From Elusimicrobiota bacterium (GTDB lineage Bacteria; Elusimicrobiota; Elusimicrobia; Elusimicrobiales; UBA9959): a stretch of DNA of 64,000 bases. The first letter of the stretch is position 1, and each line of letters opens with the position of its first letter. The DNA lies in contig JACRER010000031.1 in assembly GCA_016234365.1 (NCBI GenBank), forward strand, positions 9,729-73,728. Reading direction: 5' to 3'. The position numbers and the translations under genes were made by a program. The notes under the pieces were generated by a model. That model did no database searches and was not told the origin of the DNA. It saw only the letters and a program-made list of their open reading frames with translations. Shown in pieces: positions 1-8,335 of the stretch.

Positions 1-1
1 T

Positions 2-2075
2 AGCGTCACCAAGACCGGGCTTACGCTGGTCAACGGGCAGGTCTATTACTTCACCGTCAGGGCCGAGAATGCCGCCGGCATGCCCTCTACCGCTATAAGT
101 TCCAACGGCCAGATGGTAGAAGTAACGTCGCCTACCGCGCCCTCCCCGGTGCGGGACGGCGCCGTGACCGGGGTGGACGTGAATTTTGTGAATTCGCTGA
201 CCGCCCTGTCGGCCAACTGGGGGGCCGCGTCCGACCTTGAAACGGCGGTAGCCAAGTATTACTACGCGATCGGGACCACCGCGGGCGGCACGGACGTCCT
301 GGCCTGGACGGACAACTCCACCGCCCTCTCCGCCACCAAGACCGGGCTCTCGCTCACTAACGGGGTGACCTACTACTTCACCGTCAAGGCGGAGAACGGC
401 GCCGGGATGCAGTCCCTTACCGGAAATTCAAACGGACAGACTACCGATATTACCGTTCCCTCTACGGCCGCCGTGACGGTTAACGACGGCATCGGGGCGG
501 ATATTTCCGAGACGGGCGCCCTTAACCGGCTGGCGGCTAACTGGACTCCGGCGTCCGACCCACAGAGCGCAATAGCGCGCTACTGGTATGCCATCGGCAC
601 CACCCTGGGGGGGACCGATGTGGTGGGCTGGACCGACGTGGGCCTCAGCACCTACGCCGTAAAGACGGGCCTGGTGCTCGCTAACCACCAGGCGTACTAC
701 TTTAGTGTGAAAGCCGATAACGGCGCCGGGCTGCAGTCCCTGGCGGCCAACTCAAACGGCCAGACCACCAACAAGGATACTACCCCGCCTACGGACGTCC
801 CGCAGGTGCGCGACGGGCCCGCCGCCGATATCGCCTGGGCGCCCTCCGCGACGCAGCTGACGGCCAACTGGGACGAGTCTTCGGACGCGGAGAGCGGTAT
901 CGGCGCTTACTTCTACGCCATTGGCACCACCCCCGGCGCCAACGACGTGCTGAACTGGACGGAAAACGGCCTCAGCAAGTCCGCCACCGCCTACGGCCTC
1001 AGCCTGACCAACGGCCAGGCCTACTACTTCGCGGTCATGTCCCTGAACGGCTCCGGCTTCTACTCCGTGGGCATCACTTTGTCCAACGGGCAGCGCGTGG
1101 ACGCTACCGCGCCCGTGGCGCCCGCCCGCGTTAACGACGGCGCCGGTTCCGACGCCGCTTATACCGGTTCGCTGACGCAGCTGTCCGCCAACTGGCCCGC
1201 CGCCTCCGACCCGGAGAGCGGCGTGACCGGCTACCTGTACGCGGCCGGGACTTCTCCCGGCGGTACCGACGTGATCCCCTGGACCGCCAACGGCCTCACG
1301 ACCTCGGTGACCAGGACCGGGTTGAGCCTTGTTAACGGGCAGGCCTACTATTTCAGCGTGAAGGCGGTGAACGCCGCCGGGACCGAGTCGGCAGTGGCGG
1401 TTTCGGACGGGCAGACCGCGGACAATACGCCGCCCTCCGCGCCTGCCTTCGTTTACGACGGGACCGGGGCGGACGTGGCCTACTCCACCGTCTCGTACCG
1501 GATGTCCGCCAACTGGGGCGGCGCCGCGGACGCGCAGAGCGGCGTAGCCAGGTACTATTACTCCATCGGCACCGCCGCGGGCGCGGGCGATGTGCTTTCC
1601 TGGACCGACAACGGGGTTTCCACCGGGGTTGTGCGCTCGGGGCTGGTGCTCTCCGACGGGATCACATATTATTTCAACGTAAAAGCCGTTAACGGCTCCG
1701 GGCTGGAGTCGGGCGTGGCCAGTTCCAACGGCCAAAAAATAGATCTGAACCCCGCCAGCGACGTTTCCCCGGTCACGGACGGGACAGGGGCGGACATCGG
1801 TTACGTCCCTTCCCTTACCACGTTATCGGCGCGCTGGAACGCGTCGGTGCACTCAAGCGGTATCGCCGCTTACTTCTACGGGATAGGCACTACCCCCGGC
1901 GCCATAGACCTGGTGGGATGGACCAATAACGGGCTGGCCACCAGCGTTACCAGGTCCGGCCTGACGCTGGCGCAGGGGCAGATCTACTACTTTACGGTGA
2001 AGGCGCGCACCAACCAGGGCACGGAATCCGCGCCTGGCGTATCCGACGGGCAGCGCGTGGATACCCTCGCCCCCA
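2..2075 (+). repeat. In-frame tandem coding repeats, period 318-327 nt (106-109 aa), diverged copies
   Basis: The conserved Y(Y)F codon triplet recurs at nt 44, 371, 695, 1022, 1346, 1667 and 1985, giving spacings of 327, 324, 327, 324, 321 and 318 nt. The repeats are conserved at protein level, not as identical DNA. Confidence 0.85.
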
Positions 2076-3115
2076 CGGCCGCGGTGGAACTGACGCCTGC
2101 TTCCCCGCTCAAGAGCGGCGCTTTTACCGTGCGGCTCACCGTTACGGAGGCGGGCGCGATAGCGTCCGGCCCGGTGCTGGGCTACCAGCCGGCTTCCGGC
2201 CCCGCCAGGACACTGCAGCTGGCGCAGTCCTCGCCCGGGGTCTGGACGGCTTCCGGCTTCATAGATTCGCTGGTTTCCAGCGGTACGGCCGTCTTCGTTT
2301 TCTCCGCTACGGACGGCGCGGGCAATAGCGGCGCTTCCATAACTTCGGGCGGCTCTTTCGCGGTGGATACGTCCATGTCGCCGTCGGTCGGCGGCAGCGT
2401 GCGCAACGGGGACGGCACGGAGGTCACCGTGCCGGCCGGCGCGGCCTCTTCCCCGCTCTGGGTGGACATTTCCACGCCCTCAGCCGCCGAGACCGCCGCC
2501 GCCGACGCGCGGACCTATGATTCCGTGCCGATACGGGCCGCCGACCTGTCACGTGAGTTTACCGCCAGGGACCCGTCCGGCACGGAGGTCACTAATTTCG
2601 CCCATCCGGTCACCATACGGCTTACCTGGCCCGACGCCAATAACGACGGCCGCGTGGACGGCGACTATATGCGGGAAGCGCTGCTGCGGCTCTACTACCT
2701 GGAACCGGCCACGGGCAAATGGGTGCCGGTGGAGGGTGGGCGCAGGGACCTGGCACTGAATTACATCGAGGCCGAGGTTTCGCACTTCTCCGTTTACGGC
2801 ATCCGCGCCATCTCCGCCGGCGACCAGGAAATGGGCGCTATCAAGGCCTATCCTAACCCCTGTTACATGGCGGACGGAGCGCTGCGTATTTCCGGCATCC
2901 CGGTAGATTCCGCCAACCCTAAAGTGCAGATCTTCAACGTGGCGGGTGAACTGGTGCGTACGCTCAAGCCCGGAGACGGCCTGGATTCTTTCAACCTGGC
3001 CGCCTGGGACGGGAAGCTCTCGTCCGGAGCGAAAGCGGCCAGCGGGCTCTATATTTATCTTGTGAAGACGGGAAACCACGGCACGGCGACCGGTAAATTC
3101 GCCATCTTATGGTAG
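2..3115 (+). CDS. Large secreted/cell-surface tandem-repeat protein with T9SS-type C-terminal sorting domain (5' end outside window)
   Basis: The frame is open to the window edge (nt 2 onward reads SVTKTGLTLVNGQVYYFTVRAEN...), so the ATG at 80 is internal. There are 6 full and 1 partial tandem units with the motif SANW..SD.(E/Q)SG..Y.YAIGT..G.TDV..WT.NG....(T/S)GL.L.NGQ.YYF.VKA.N. The last ~85 aa (YPNPC..ISGIP..VQIFNVAGELVRTL..WDGK..SG..AASGLYIYLVK..GKFAILW) look like a Por_Secre_tail/FlgD-Ig type CTD. Confidence 0.8.
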   Translation, partial: SVTKTGLTLVNGQVYYFTVRAENAAGMPSTAISSNGQMVEVTSPTAPSPVRDGAVTGVDVNFVNSLTALSANWGAASDLETAVAKYYYAIGTTAGGTDVLAWTDNSTALSATKTGLSLTNGVTYYFTVKAENGAGMQSLTGNSNGQTTDITVPSTAAVTVNDGIGADISETGALNRLAANWTPASDPQSAIARYWYAIGTTLGGTDVVGWTDVGLSTYAVKTGLVLANHQAYYFSVKADNGAGLQSLAANSNGQTTNKDTTPPTDVPQVRDGPAADIAWAPSATQLTANWDESSDAESGIGAYFYAIGTTPGANDVLNWTENGLSKSATAYGLSLTNGQAYYFAVMSLNGSGFYSVGITLSNGQRVDATAPVAPARVNDGAGSDAAYTGSLTQLSANWPAASDPESGVTGYLYAAGTSPGGTDVIPWTANGLTTSVTRTGLSLVNGQAYYFSVKAVNAAGTESAVAVSDGQTADNTPPSAPAFVYDGTGADVAYSTVSYRMSANWGGAADAQSGVARYYYSIGTAAGAGDVLSWTDNGVSTGVVRSGLVLSDGITYYFNVKAVNGSGLESGVASSNGQKIDLNPASDVSPVTDGTGADIGYVPSLTTLSARWNASVHSSGIAAYFYGIGTTPGAIDLVGWTNNGLATSVTRSGLTLAQGQIYYFTVKARTNQGTESAPGVSDGQRVDTLAPTAAVELTPASPLKSGAFTVRLTVTEAGAIASGPVLGYQPASGPARTLQLAQSSPGVWTASGFIDSLVSSGTAVFVFSATDGAGNSGASITSGGSFAVDTSMSPSVGGSVRNGDGTEVTVPAGAASSPLWVDISTPSAAETAAADARTYDSVPIRAADLSREFTARDPSGTEVTNFAHPVTIRLTWPDANNDGRVDGDYMREALLRLYYLEPATGKWVPVEGGRRDLALNYIEAEVSHFSVYGIRAISAGDQEMGAIKAYPNPCYMADGALRISGIPVDSANPKVQIFNVAGELVRTLKPGDGLDSFNLAAWDGKLSSGAKAASGLYIYLVKTGNHGTATGKFAILW

Positions 3116-4182
3116 GACGGACGGCCATTCTCTCCCTGCTGCTGGGGCTTACGGCCTTCGGTCCCGCTTTTGCCGGCACCGGCACCGACGCCCTGCCCTT
3201 TATGAAGGTGGACACCGGCGCGCGCGCGGCCGGCATGGCCGGGGCGTTCTCCGCCGTGGCCGACGACGCTTCTGCGGTGTTCCATAACCCGGCCGGACTG
3301 ATGCTGCTGCCTCGCAAGGAACTGATGCTCAGCCATACCGAATGGGTGGAGGGGATCCGCAACGAGTGCGTTTCCTACGGGCACGTTACCGGCGGAGATT
3401 GGGCCCTGGGCGCGGGCGCCAGCATGCTCTTCAGCGGGGCCATGACCAAGTACGACAGGTCCGGGGCCGACACGGGCGATTTCACCGAGAACGAGGGCTT
3501 CGCCTCGGTAGCGGTGGCGCACGCCTTCGAGGATAATTTCAGCGGCGGCCTGGCCGTGAAAGGCATTTACCAGAAAGTGGATAAGGAAAGCGCCAGCGGC
3601 TACGCCGTGGACGCCGGGCTGCTTTATCACGACGAGACCTGGCGGTTCGCGGTGGGCGGCGATAACCTGGGCCCGAAGGTCAAGCTGTATAAGGAAAGTT
3701 TCGACCTGCCGTCCGGCTATAAGGCCGCGGCGGCCTGGCGCGCCTATGACTCGCTCTGGCTTACCGGGCAGGTGGCGCGCCGCCCGGCCAGCGGGCTCAG
3801 CGGTTCCGTGGGCGCGGAGTACGGGGTGGCCGTGCGCGGCGAGGATATGCTTTACGCCCGGGCCGGCTACCTGGCAGGGCCCGGCGCCGATGCGGGCTCG
3901 GGCCTGGCGCTGGGGCTTGGTGTGGGCAACGGGGATTTTAAACTGGATTACGCTTTTACCCCGTTCGGCGACCTGGGCAACGTGCACCGCTTCAGTTTCA
4001 GCCTGAGGTTCGGCGAGGAGCGCGATACCCTGCGCGAGCGGGAAGCTACCCGCAGCCCGTACAGCAAGCGCTACAAGGCCAAGGGGGGGACGTGGAGGGA
4101 GCAGAAGAAGACGCTGGAGAAGGAACAGCGCCAGAAAAAGGAAGCCCCCAAGCCGCGGACTAATACCTATTTCACCTGGTAG
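3109..4182 (+). CDS. Outer-membrane beta-barrel protein, PorV/PorQ-like (FadL-like) family, with charged C-terminal tail
   Basis: Signal peptide MVGRTAILSLLLGLTAFGPAFAG. The N-terminal motif GARAAGMAGAFSAVADDASAVFHNPAGL is typical of PorV/PorQ/UPF0164-type barrels. Alternating beta-strand pattern ends in FSFSLRF. The start overlaps the upstream stop (ATGGTAG). Confidence 0.6.
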   Translation: MVGRTAILSLLLGLTAFGPAFAGTGTDALPFMKVDTGARAAGMAGAFSAVADDASAVFHNPAGLMLLPRKELMLSHTEWVEGIRNECVSYGHVTGGDWALGAGASMLFSGAMTKYDRSGADTGDFTENEGFASVAVAHAFEDNFSGGLAVKGIYQKVDKESASGYAVDAGLLYHDETWRFAVGGDNLGPKVKLYKESFDLPSGYKAAAAWRAYDSLWLTGQVARRPASGLSGSVGAEYGVAVRGEDMLYARAGYLAGPGADAGSGLALGLGVGNGDFKLDYAFTPFGDLGNVHRFSFSLRFGEERDTLREREATRSPYSKRYKAKGGTWREQKKTLEKEQRQKKEAPKPRTNTYFTW

Positions 4183-4188
4183 GCAGGG

Positions 4189-4593
4189 TTAAAAGTCAGG
4201 CCGCCGGTCCCGCTTAGCGTCGGACCGGCGTTTTTTTTCGTCCAGCCGGCGGAGCTTGGACCCGTAAGTGGGTTTTGTGGCGCGGCGCTGGCGGGGAGGG
4301 CGGGCGGCGCGGGTAAGCAGGTCCATAAGGCGGGCGCGCGCGCCTTGCCGGTTCTGCTCCTGGGTGCGGTATTCGCTGGAGATGATAACTATGTCGCCCT
4401 CGGCGGTGAGGCGCGATCCGGCCAGCGCCTTAAGGCGCGCCAGCACGTCCGGCGGCAGGTCCGCCGCCCCGGCGAAGTAGCGCAACTGTACCGTGGTGGC
4501 CACCTTGTTGACGTTCTGCCCTCCGGGGCCGCCGCCGCGCACGAATTTTTCCTCAAAAGTGCCCGGCGTGAGCCTGGGCTGCCAGTATTCCAT
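4189..4593 (-). CDS. arfB: Peptidyl-tRNA hydrolase ArfB (alternative ribosome-rescue factor B)
   Basis: 134 aa with a GGQ motif (RGGGPGGQNVNKVATTVQLRY) and a basic C-terminal tail (KLRRLDEKKRRSDAKRDRR). Confidence 0.85.
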   Translation of the reverse strand: MEYWQPRLTPGTFEEKFVRGGGPGGQNVNKVATTVQLRYFAGAADLPPDVLARLKALAGSRLTAEGDIVIISSEYRTQEQNRQGARARLMDLLTRAARPPRQRRATKPTYGSKLRRLDEKKRRSDAKRDRRPDF

Positions 4594-4640
4594 GTGACCA
4601 TGGTATCAAAAAGCGGCGCGCCTTTTCCTATAATACGGAT

Positions 4641-5459
4641 ATGGCAAAGACCGTATTGATAACCGGCGCCTCCGCCGGCATAGGTTACTCGGCCGCGGAA
4701 CTGCTGCTGGCGCGCGGCTATAAAGTTTACGCCGGGGCGCGCCGCGTGGAACGCATGGCCCCGCTGGCCGCGCTGGGCGCCAGGACCTTCGCGCTGGACG
4801 TAACGGATGAGGCTTCTGTTAAGGCCGCCGTGGAGCTGGTGCTCAGGGACGCGGGCAGGCTGGACGCGCTGGTCAACAACGCCGGCTACGGTGCGCACGG
4901 CACGGCGGAAGAAGTGCCGCTGGCCGAAGCGCGGCGGCAGTTCGACGTGAACCTGTTCGGCCCGGCGCGCCTGACGCAGCTGCTGCTGCCGCATATGCGG
5001 GCCGCTGGCGGCGGTACCATAATAAATATTTCCTCTATAGCCGGCAAGCTGGGTATGCCCACCGGTGGCTGGTACCACGCCAGCAAGCACGCGCTGGAGG
5101 CCTGGAGCGACGCGCTGCGGCTGGAGACGGCCCAGTTCGGGATACGGGTGGTGCTGGTGGAGCCGGGGCCCATAAAGACCGAATGGGACGATACCGCGCT
5201 GGTGAACCTGCGGAAATATTCCGGCTCTGGCCCCTATGCGCCGATGGTGGGGAGGATAATAGAAAAATTCCGCGCGGGCTACCGCGGCGGCGCCCCCGGC
5301 CCGCAAGCCGTTGCGCAGGTGATACTGAAAGCCCTGGAGGCCCGCAGTCCCGCCGCCCGCTACGCGGTGCCTTTTAAGGCCGCGGCCATGCTGTTGGTTA
5401 AGCGGCTTACTCCGGACGCGCTGTATGACTGGGTTATAAGGACGGCTCTCAAGGCCTGA
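4641..5459 (+). CDS. Short-chain dehydrogenase/reductase (SDR family oxidoreductase)
   Basis: N-terminal TGASAGIG cofactor motif, NNAG, and a YxxxK-type segment (WYHASKHALEA). Confidence 0.85.
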   Translation: MAKTVLITGASAGIGYSAAELLLARGYKVYAGARRVERMAPLAALGARTFALDVTDEASVKAAVELVLRDAGRLDALVNNAGYGAHGTAEEVPLAEARRQFDVNLFGPARLTQLLLPHMRAAGGGTIINISSIAGKLGMPTGGWYHASKHALEAWSDALRLETAQFGIRVVLVEPGPIKTEWDDTALVNLRKYSGSGPYAPMVGRIIEKFRAGYRGGAPGPQAVAQVILKALEARSPAARYAVPFKAAAMLLVKRLTPDALYDWVIRTALKA

Positions 5460-5464
5460 AAATG

Positions 5465-5490
5465 AAAAACCCCGGCTAGCCGGGGTTTTT
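5465..5490. terminator. Bidirectional rho-independent terminator between convergent genes
   Basis: AAAAA-CCCCGG-ctag-CCGGGG-TTTTT; the perfect palindrome is flanked by an A-run and a T-run. Confidence 0.7.
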
Positions 5491-5510
5491 CATTTTCAGG
5501 GCGGGACTTT

Positions 5511-6104
5511 TTAGAGCCCGTAAACGTAGGGCGCTTTGTCGCCGGAGCGGTCCACCACGGCCCAGTACGGCTTGCCGGCCAGGCGCAGGAAGAAGATCCA
5601 GTTCTGTTCAACGCGCTCGCCATTCTGCGGCTGGTTGAATTTGTAGGGATGCACCAGCGCGAGCAGCGAGGAGTTATCGTTGAGCCTGTCGAGCAGTTTC
5701 TGCCGCGCTTTTTTAACTTCGGTCTTGGTGGGCGAGGAGAGCGCGCCCATGGCGGACAGTTCCCTGGCCAGCGGGCTGCCGGGGTTCTTGTAGTTCTCCA
5801 GCAGGTCGGTAAGGGCCAGGCGCAGCGCGTGCTCAAAGCAGAACATGTTCTGGTAGTAGCTGCTCTGGCGCATCACCTCGTTCTCCGGGATGTCCAGGCC
5901 TATATTGGCGATGCCGAATTCCTTGATGAGCAGTTCTTCCGCTCCGGAATAGTTCTGGCCGTCCTTGGGGGAGACCGGCTCGGCGGCCGCTACCGCGGGG
6001 GCCTTGATGGCCGAGATATTCTCGATACTTACCGAAGGGGCCCAGTCCGCCGCGAAGGCGGGGGCCGCCAGGAAGACCGCAATTGTGACCGCTGAAAATT
6101 TCAT
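5511..6104 (-). CDS. Hypothetical secreted protein
   Basis: Signal peptide MKFSAVTIAVFLAAPAFAADW and an RBS GAGGAGAGGA upstream of the ATG. I recognise no family. Confidence 0.6.
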   Translation of the reverse strand: MKFSAVTIAVFLAAPAFAADWAPSVSIENISAIKAPAVAAAEPVSPKDGQNYSGAEELLIKEFGIANIGLDIPENEVMRQSSYYQNMFCFEHALRLALTDLLENYKNPGSPLARELSAMGALSSPTKTEVKKARQKLLDRLNDNSSLLALVHPYKFNQPQNGERVEQNWIFFLRLAGKPYWAVVDRSGDKAPYVYGL

Positions 6105-6186
6105 TATCGTCCTCTCCTCAACCTAACCTTACATATAGTTTATCACAACTTCCCCGAAACCTGTTTTGACGATAGTCATACCGCTC

Positions 6187-6454
6187 GCCGGCATATCCCC
6201 TTCGTCCGCCTAAGCGGGCGCATGAAGAAGAGGGCCTAAGTGCCTTCGCCGGCGTCGAACTCGTCGCGCACACAGTGCGCTCCTCAAACAGCGCCGCCGC
6301 GGCCATAATGATAGACCGTCCGCTACGGCACTTGGCCCTGCGCCCTAACGGCGGCCTCAGGGGACATGCCGGCTCCCTCATTGGGGTCCGAGCGGCAGCG
6401 CGGCCACGGTGTGGCCGATAGCGTGCCTGACGAGGTAAACCCTCGACAGGACCC
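6187..6454. ncRNA. Candidate structured RNA (unclassified): ~187-nt rod-like domain plus a three-way-junction domain; strand unresolved
   Basis: Nested complementary blocks: 6187-6200/6360-6373 (14 bp), 6206-6210/6350-6354, 6216-6221/6340-6345, and 6231-6244/6327-6339 (13 bp with one bulge). Apical hairpin 6266-6280. Second domain: 6384-6389/6449-6454 encloses hairpins 6402-6416 and 6431-6445. Stops are frequent in 5 of the 6 frames. Confidence 0.3.
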
Positions 6455-6508
6455 GCGCACTTGCAGGCCGGCCGCGCCTTTCCTATTTTTAGCAGTCGCG
6501 TGATGGTA

Positions 6509-6537
6509 TTGACAATTATGAATCCAAGGTATATAAT
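6509..6537 (+). promoter_or_regulatory. Sigma-70-type promoter of the hrcA operon
   Basis: TTGACA (6509-6514), a 17 nt spacer, then TATAAT (6532-6537), 47 nt upstream of the hrcA ATG. Confidence 0.6.
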
Positions 6538-6541
6538 ATTC

Positions 6542-6568
6542 TTGGCAGACAAACGATTTGATTGCTAA
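6542..6568 (+). promoter_or_regulatory. Degenerate CIRCE-like inverted repeat (putative HrcA operator)
   Basis: TTGGCAGAC-N9-GATTGCTAA compared with the CIRCE consensus TTAGCACTC-N9-GAGTGCTAA (6/9 and 8/9 matches). It lies immediately downstream of the -10 box, as in known hrcA operons. Confidence 0.45.
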
Positions 6569-6583
6569 TTAAAGGAAAGCGTT

Positions 6584-7693
6584 ATGAGGGTCCTTAAACC
6601 GGAAGTCGCGCAGGACAGGAAGCAGAAGATCCTTAACTGGGTAACCTACAACTATGTCAGCACCGGCCGCCCCGTCAGCTCCGAGCTGATCGCGGAAGAG
6701 GGCCGGTTCAACGTTTCCAGCGCTACTATAAGGAATATACTTAAAGAATTGGAGCACGAGGGCTACCTGGTGCAGCCGCACACTTCAGGCGGCCGGATCC
6801 CCAGCGACAAAGGCTACCGCGCCTACGTGGACAACGTGATGAACCTGCAGCGCATGGCCGCCTCCGAGAAGGACCGCCTTGAGCGCGAGTACGACCGCCG
6901 CATCGAGCAGCTGGACGGGTTCCTCAAGCATACCTCCCGCATGCTCTCCGATATGTCGCAGTGGGCCGGCTTTGTGATGAGCGCCGACCTGGACCTGGAC
7001 AGCGTGAAGCGCCTGGACCTGCTCAGCACCGGCCCCAAGAGCGTGCTGTCGGTAATGTTCACGCACACCGGGCTTATCAAGCACGCCGCGTTCTCGCTGG
7101 ACCACTCCGCGGACAAGAACGCCGTGCGTGCGCTGTCCATGCGGCTGAACCGCCGCCTTAAGGACCTGCCGCTGACCGACCTGCCCCAGGTCATTTTCAA
7201 GGAATTCCTGGCAAAAGAGCGGGATAAGGGGCTTGAAGAACTGCTGAAGAAATTAGTGGAATACTTCAGGGGGCTTTCCAAGTCCGAAGACGCGCTTTAC
7301 CTGGAAGGATTGAGCCGCATTTTCTCCAACCTGGAGGAGGGCAGCATGGATGACATGCGCAATATCGCCCGCCTGCTGGAGGAGAAAGAGCGGTTCTCCG
7401 GGCTGCTGCGCGAGCGGCTGCGCGACTGCGCGGTTAAGACCAAGGCGCTGGCCCAGCCCGGCAAGCGCCACATAGTGGACGTTACCATAGGCTCCGAGAA
7501 CAGCATCAAGGAGTTCAAGAATTTCAGCCTGGTGTCCAGCTCCTACTGCATCAACGACAAAGCGGTAGGCTTGGTGGGCATTTTGGGCTACAAGCGCATG
7601 GAGTACCCGCGCATGATCTCGCTGGTGGACACCGTCAGCACCATGATGGAGGACATGCTGGGCGAGTGGGAGAAGCTGGACCTGGAAGAGTAA
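6584..7693 (+). CDS. hrcA: Heat-inducible transcription repressor HrcA
   Basis: The N-terminal winged-helix region (RKQKIL..YV.TGRPVSS..I......NVSSATIRN.L..LE.EGYL.QPHTSGGRIP.DKGYR.YVD) is diagnostic, and the gene sits in hrcA-grpE-dnaK-dnaJ synteny. Confidence 0.9.
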   Translation: MRVLKPEVAQDRKQKILNWVTYNYVSTGRPVSSELIAEEGRFNVSSATIRNILKELEHEGYLVQPHTSGGRIPSDKGYRAYVDNVMNLQRMAASEKDRLEREYDRRIEQLDGFLKHTSRMLSDMSQWAGFVMSADLDLDSVKRLDLLSTGPKSVLSVMFTHTGLIKHAAFSLDHSADKNAVRALSMRLNRRLKDLPLTDLPQVIFKEFLAKERDKGLEELLKKLVEYFRGLSKSEDALYLEGLSRIFSNLEEGSMDDMRNIARLLEEKERFSGLLRERLRDCAVKTKALAQPGKRHIVDVTIGSENSIKEFKNFSLVSSSYCINDKAVGLVGILGYKRMEYPRMISLVDTVSTMMEDMLGEWEKLDLEE

Positions 7694-7698
7694 GACAT

Positions 7699-8304
7699 AT
7701 GAAGAACCATAAGGCCGACGAAAAAAAGGCGAAGAAGGACGAGGCTCTCGACTGCGTATGCGGGCCCGAGGCCCAGGCGGCGGCCGCCGCGGCCGGGGAC
7801 GCCGAAATGCAGGGCAAACAGTCCGAGGACTATTATAACCAGCTGCTTCGGCTGCAGGCGGATTTCGAGAACTACCGCAAGCGCATCGATAAGGAGAAGC
7901 CGGAGTGGGTGAAGCTGGGTAAGGCCGAGATACTGGCCAGGCTGCTGCCGCTCTACGACCTGCTGCTCGCCGCGCACTCGCACGTGAACGGCGCCAAGGA
8001 AGGCGGCAACTCGGACGACGTGCTTAAGGGCCTGGAGATGATCTTTAAGGAGTTCTCCAAGGTGTTCGAAGCGGAAGGGATACGCCCCATGGAACCGGTG
8101 GGCAAGCCCTACGACCCGATGGCGGGGGAGATACTGGGCGTGGTGGACGGCACCGAAGAGAACGACGGGCTGGTTACGGAGGAGCTGCAGAAGGGCTTCT
8201 ATTACGGGGACAAGATCCTGCGCCCGGCCCGCGTGAAGATAGCCAAGAAGAAGGCGGTGAGCGCGCCGCAGCCGCAGCAGAAGCCGGCCGAAGAAGGGCA
8301 GTGA
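7699..8304 (+). CDS. grpE: Nucleotide exchange factor GrpE
   Basis: [13 protein letters not shown] motif and a GrpE C-terminal beta domain ([14 protein letters not shown]). The ORF opens at 7666, but the ATG at 7699 lies just after the hrcA stop. Confidence 0.9.
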   Translation: MKNHKADEKKAKKDEALDCVCGPEAQAAAAAAGDAEMQGKQSEDYYNQLLRLQADFENYRKRIDKEKPEWVKLGKAEILARLLPLYDLLLAAHSHVNGAKEGGNSDDVLKGLEMIFKEFSKVFEAEGIRPMEPVGKPYDPMAGEILGVVDGTEENDGLVTEELQKGFYYGDKILRPARVKIAKKKAVSAPQPQQKPAEEGQ

Positions 8305-8335
8305 ATTTGCAGTAATTAATTTGGAGGAGAAATAT

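Noticed and set aside
80-2075. Periodic DNA in the repeat-protein gene and in the LysM gene (about 25200-25850) as possible CRISPR or satellite arrays
   Set aside because: The periodicity is in-frame (318-327 nt units, and short PKPE-type codon repeats). The copies are diverged, with no conserved direct repeat/spacer organisation, and no cas genes are present.
6105-6480. tmRNA or RNase P RNA identity for the structured intergenic region
   Set aside because: I found no tRNA-like T-arm/acceptor end (no ...TTCGA-loop stem or TCCACCA), no tag ORF ending in hydrophobic-Ala-Ala, and no GAGGAAAGTCC / ACAGAACCCGGCTTA RNase P core. The best partial match (GACAGGACCCG) lacks a partner at a compatible distance. 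I also could not see cobalamin, c-di-GMP or ydaO-type consensus elements.
6118-6552. 144-aa minus-strand ORF inside the hrcA-upstream intergenic region
   Set aside because: It uses a TTG start inside the AT-rich hrcA promoter. The sequence is Arg/Cys/Pro-rich and implausible, and it has no RBS. The region is better explained by the nested helices (candidate RNA).
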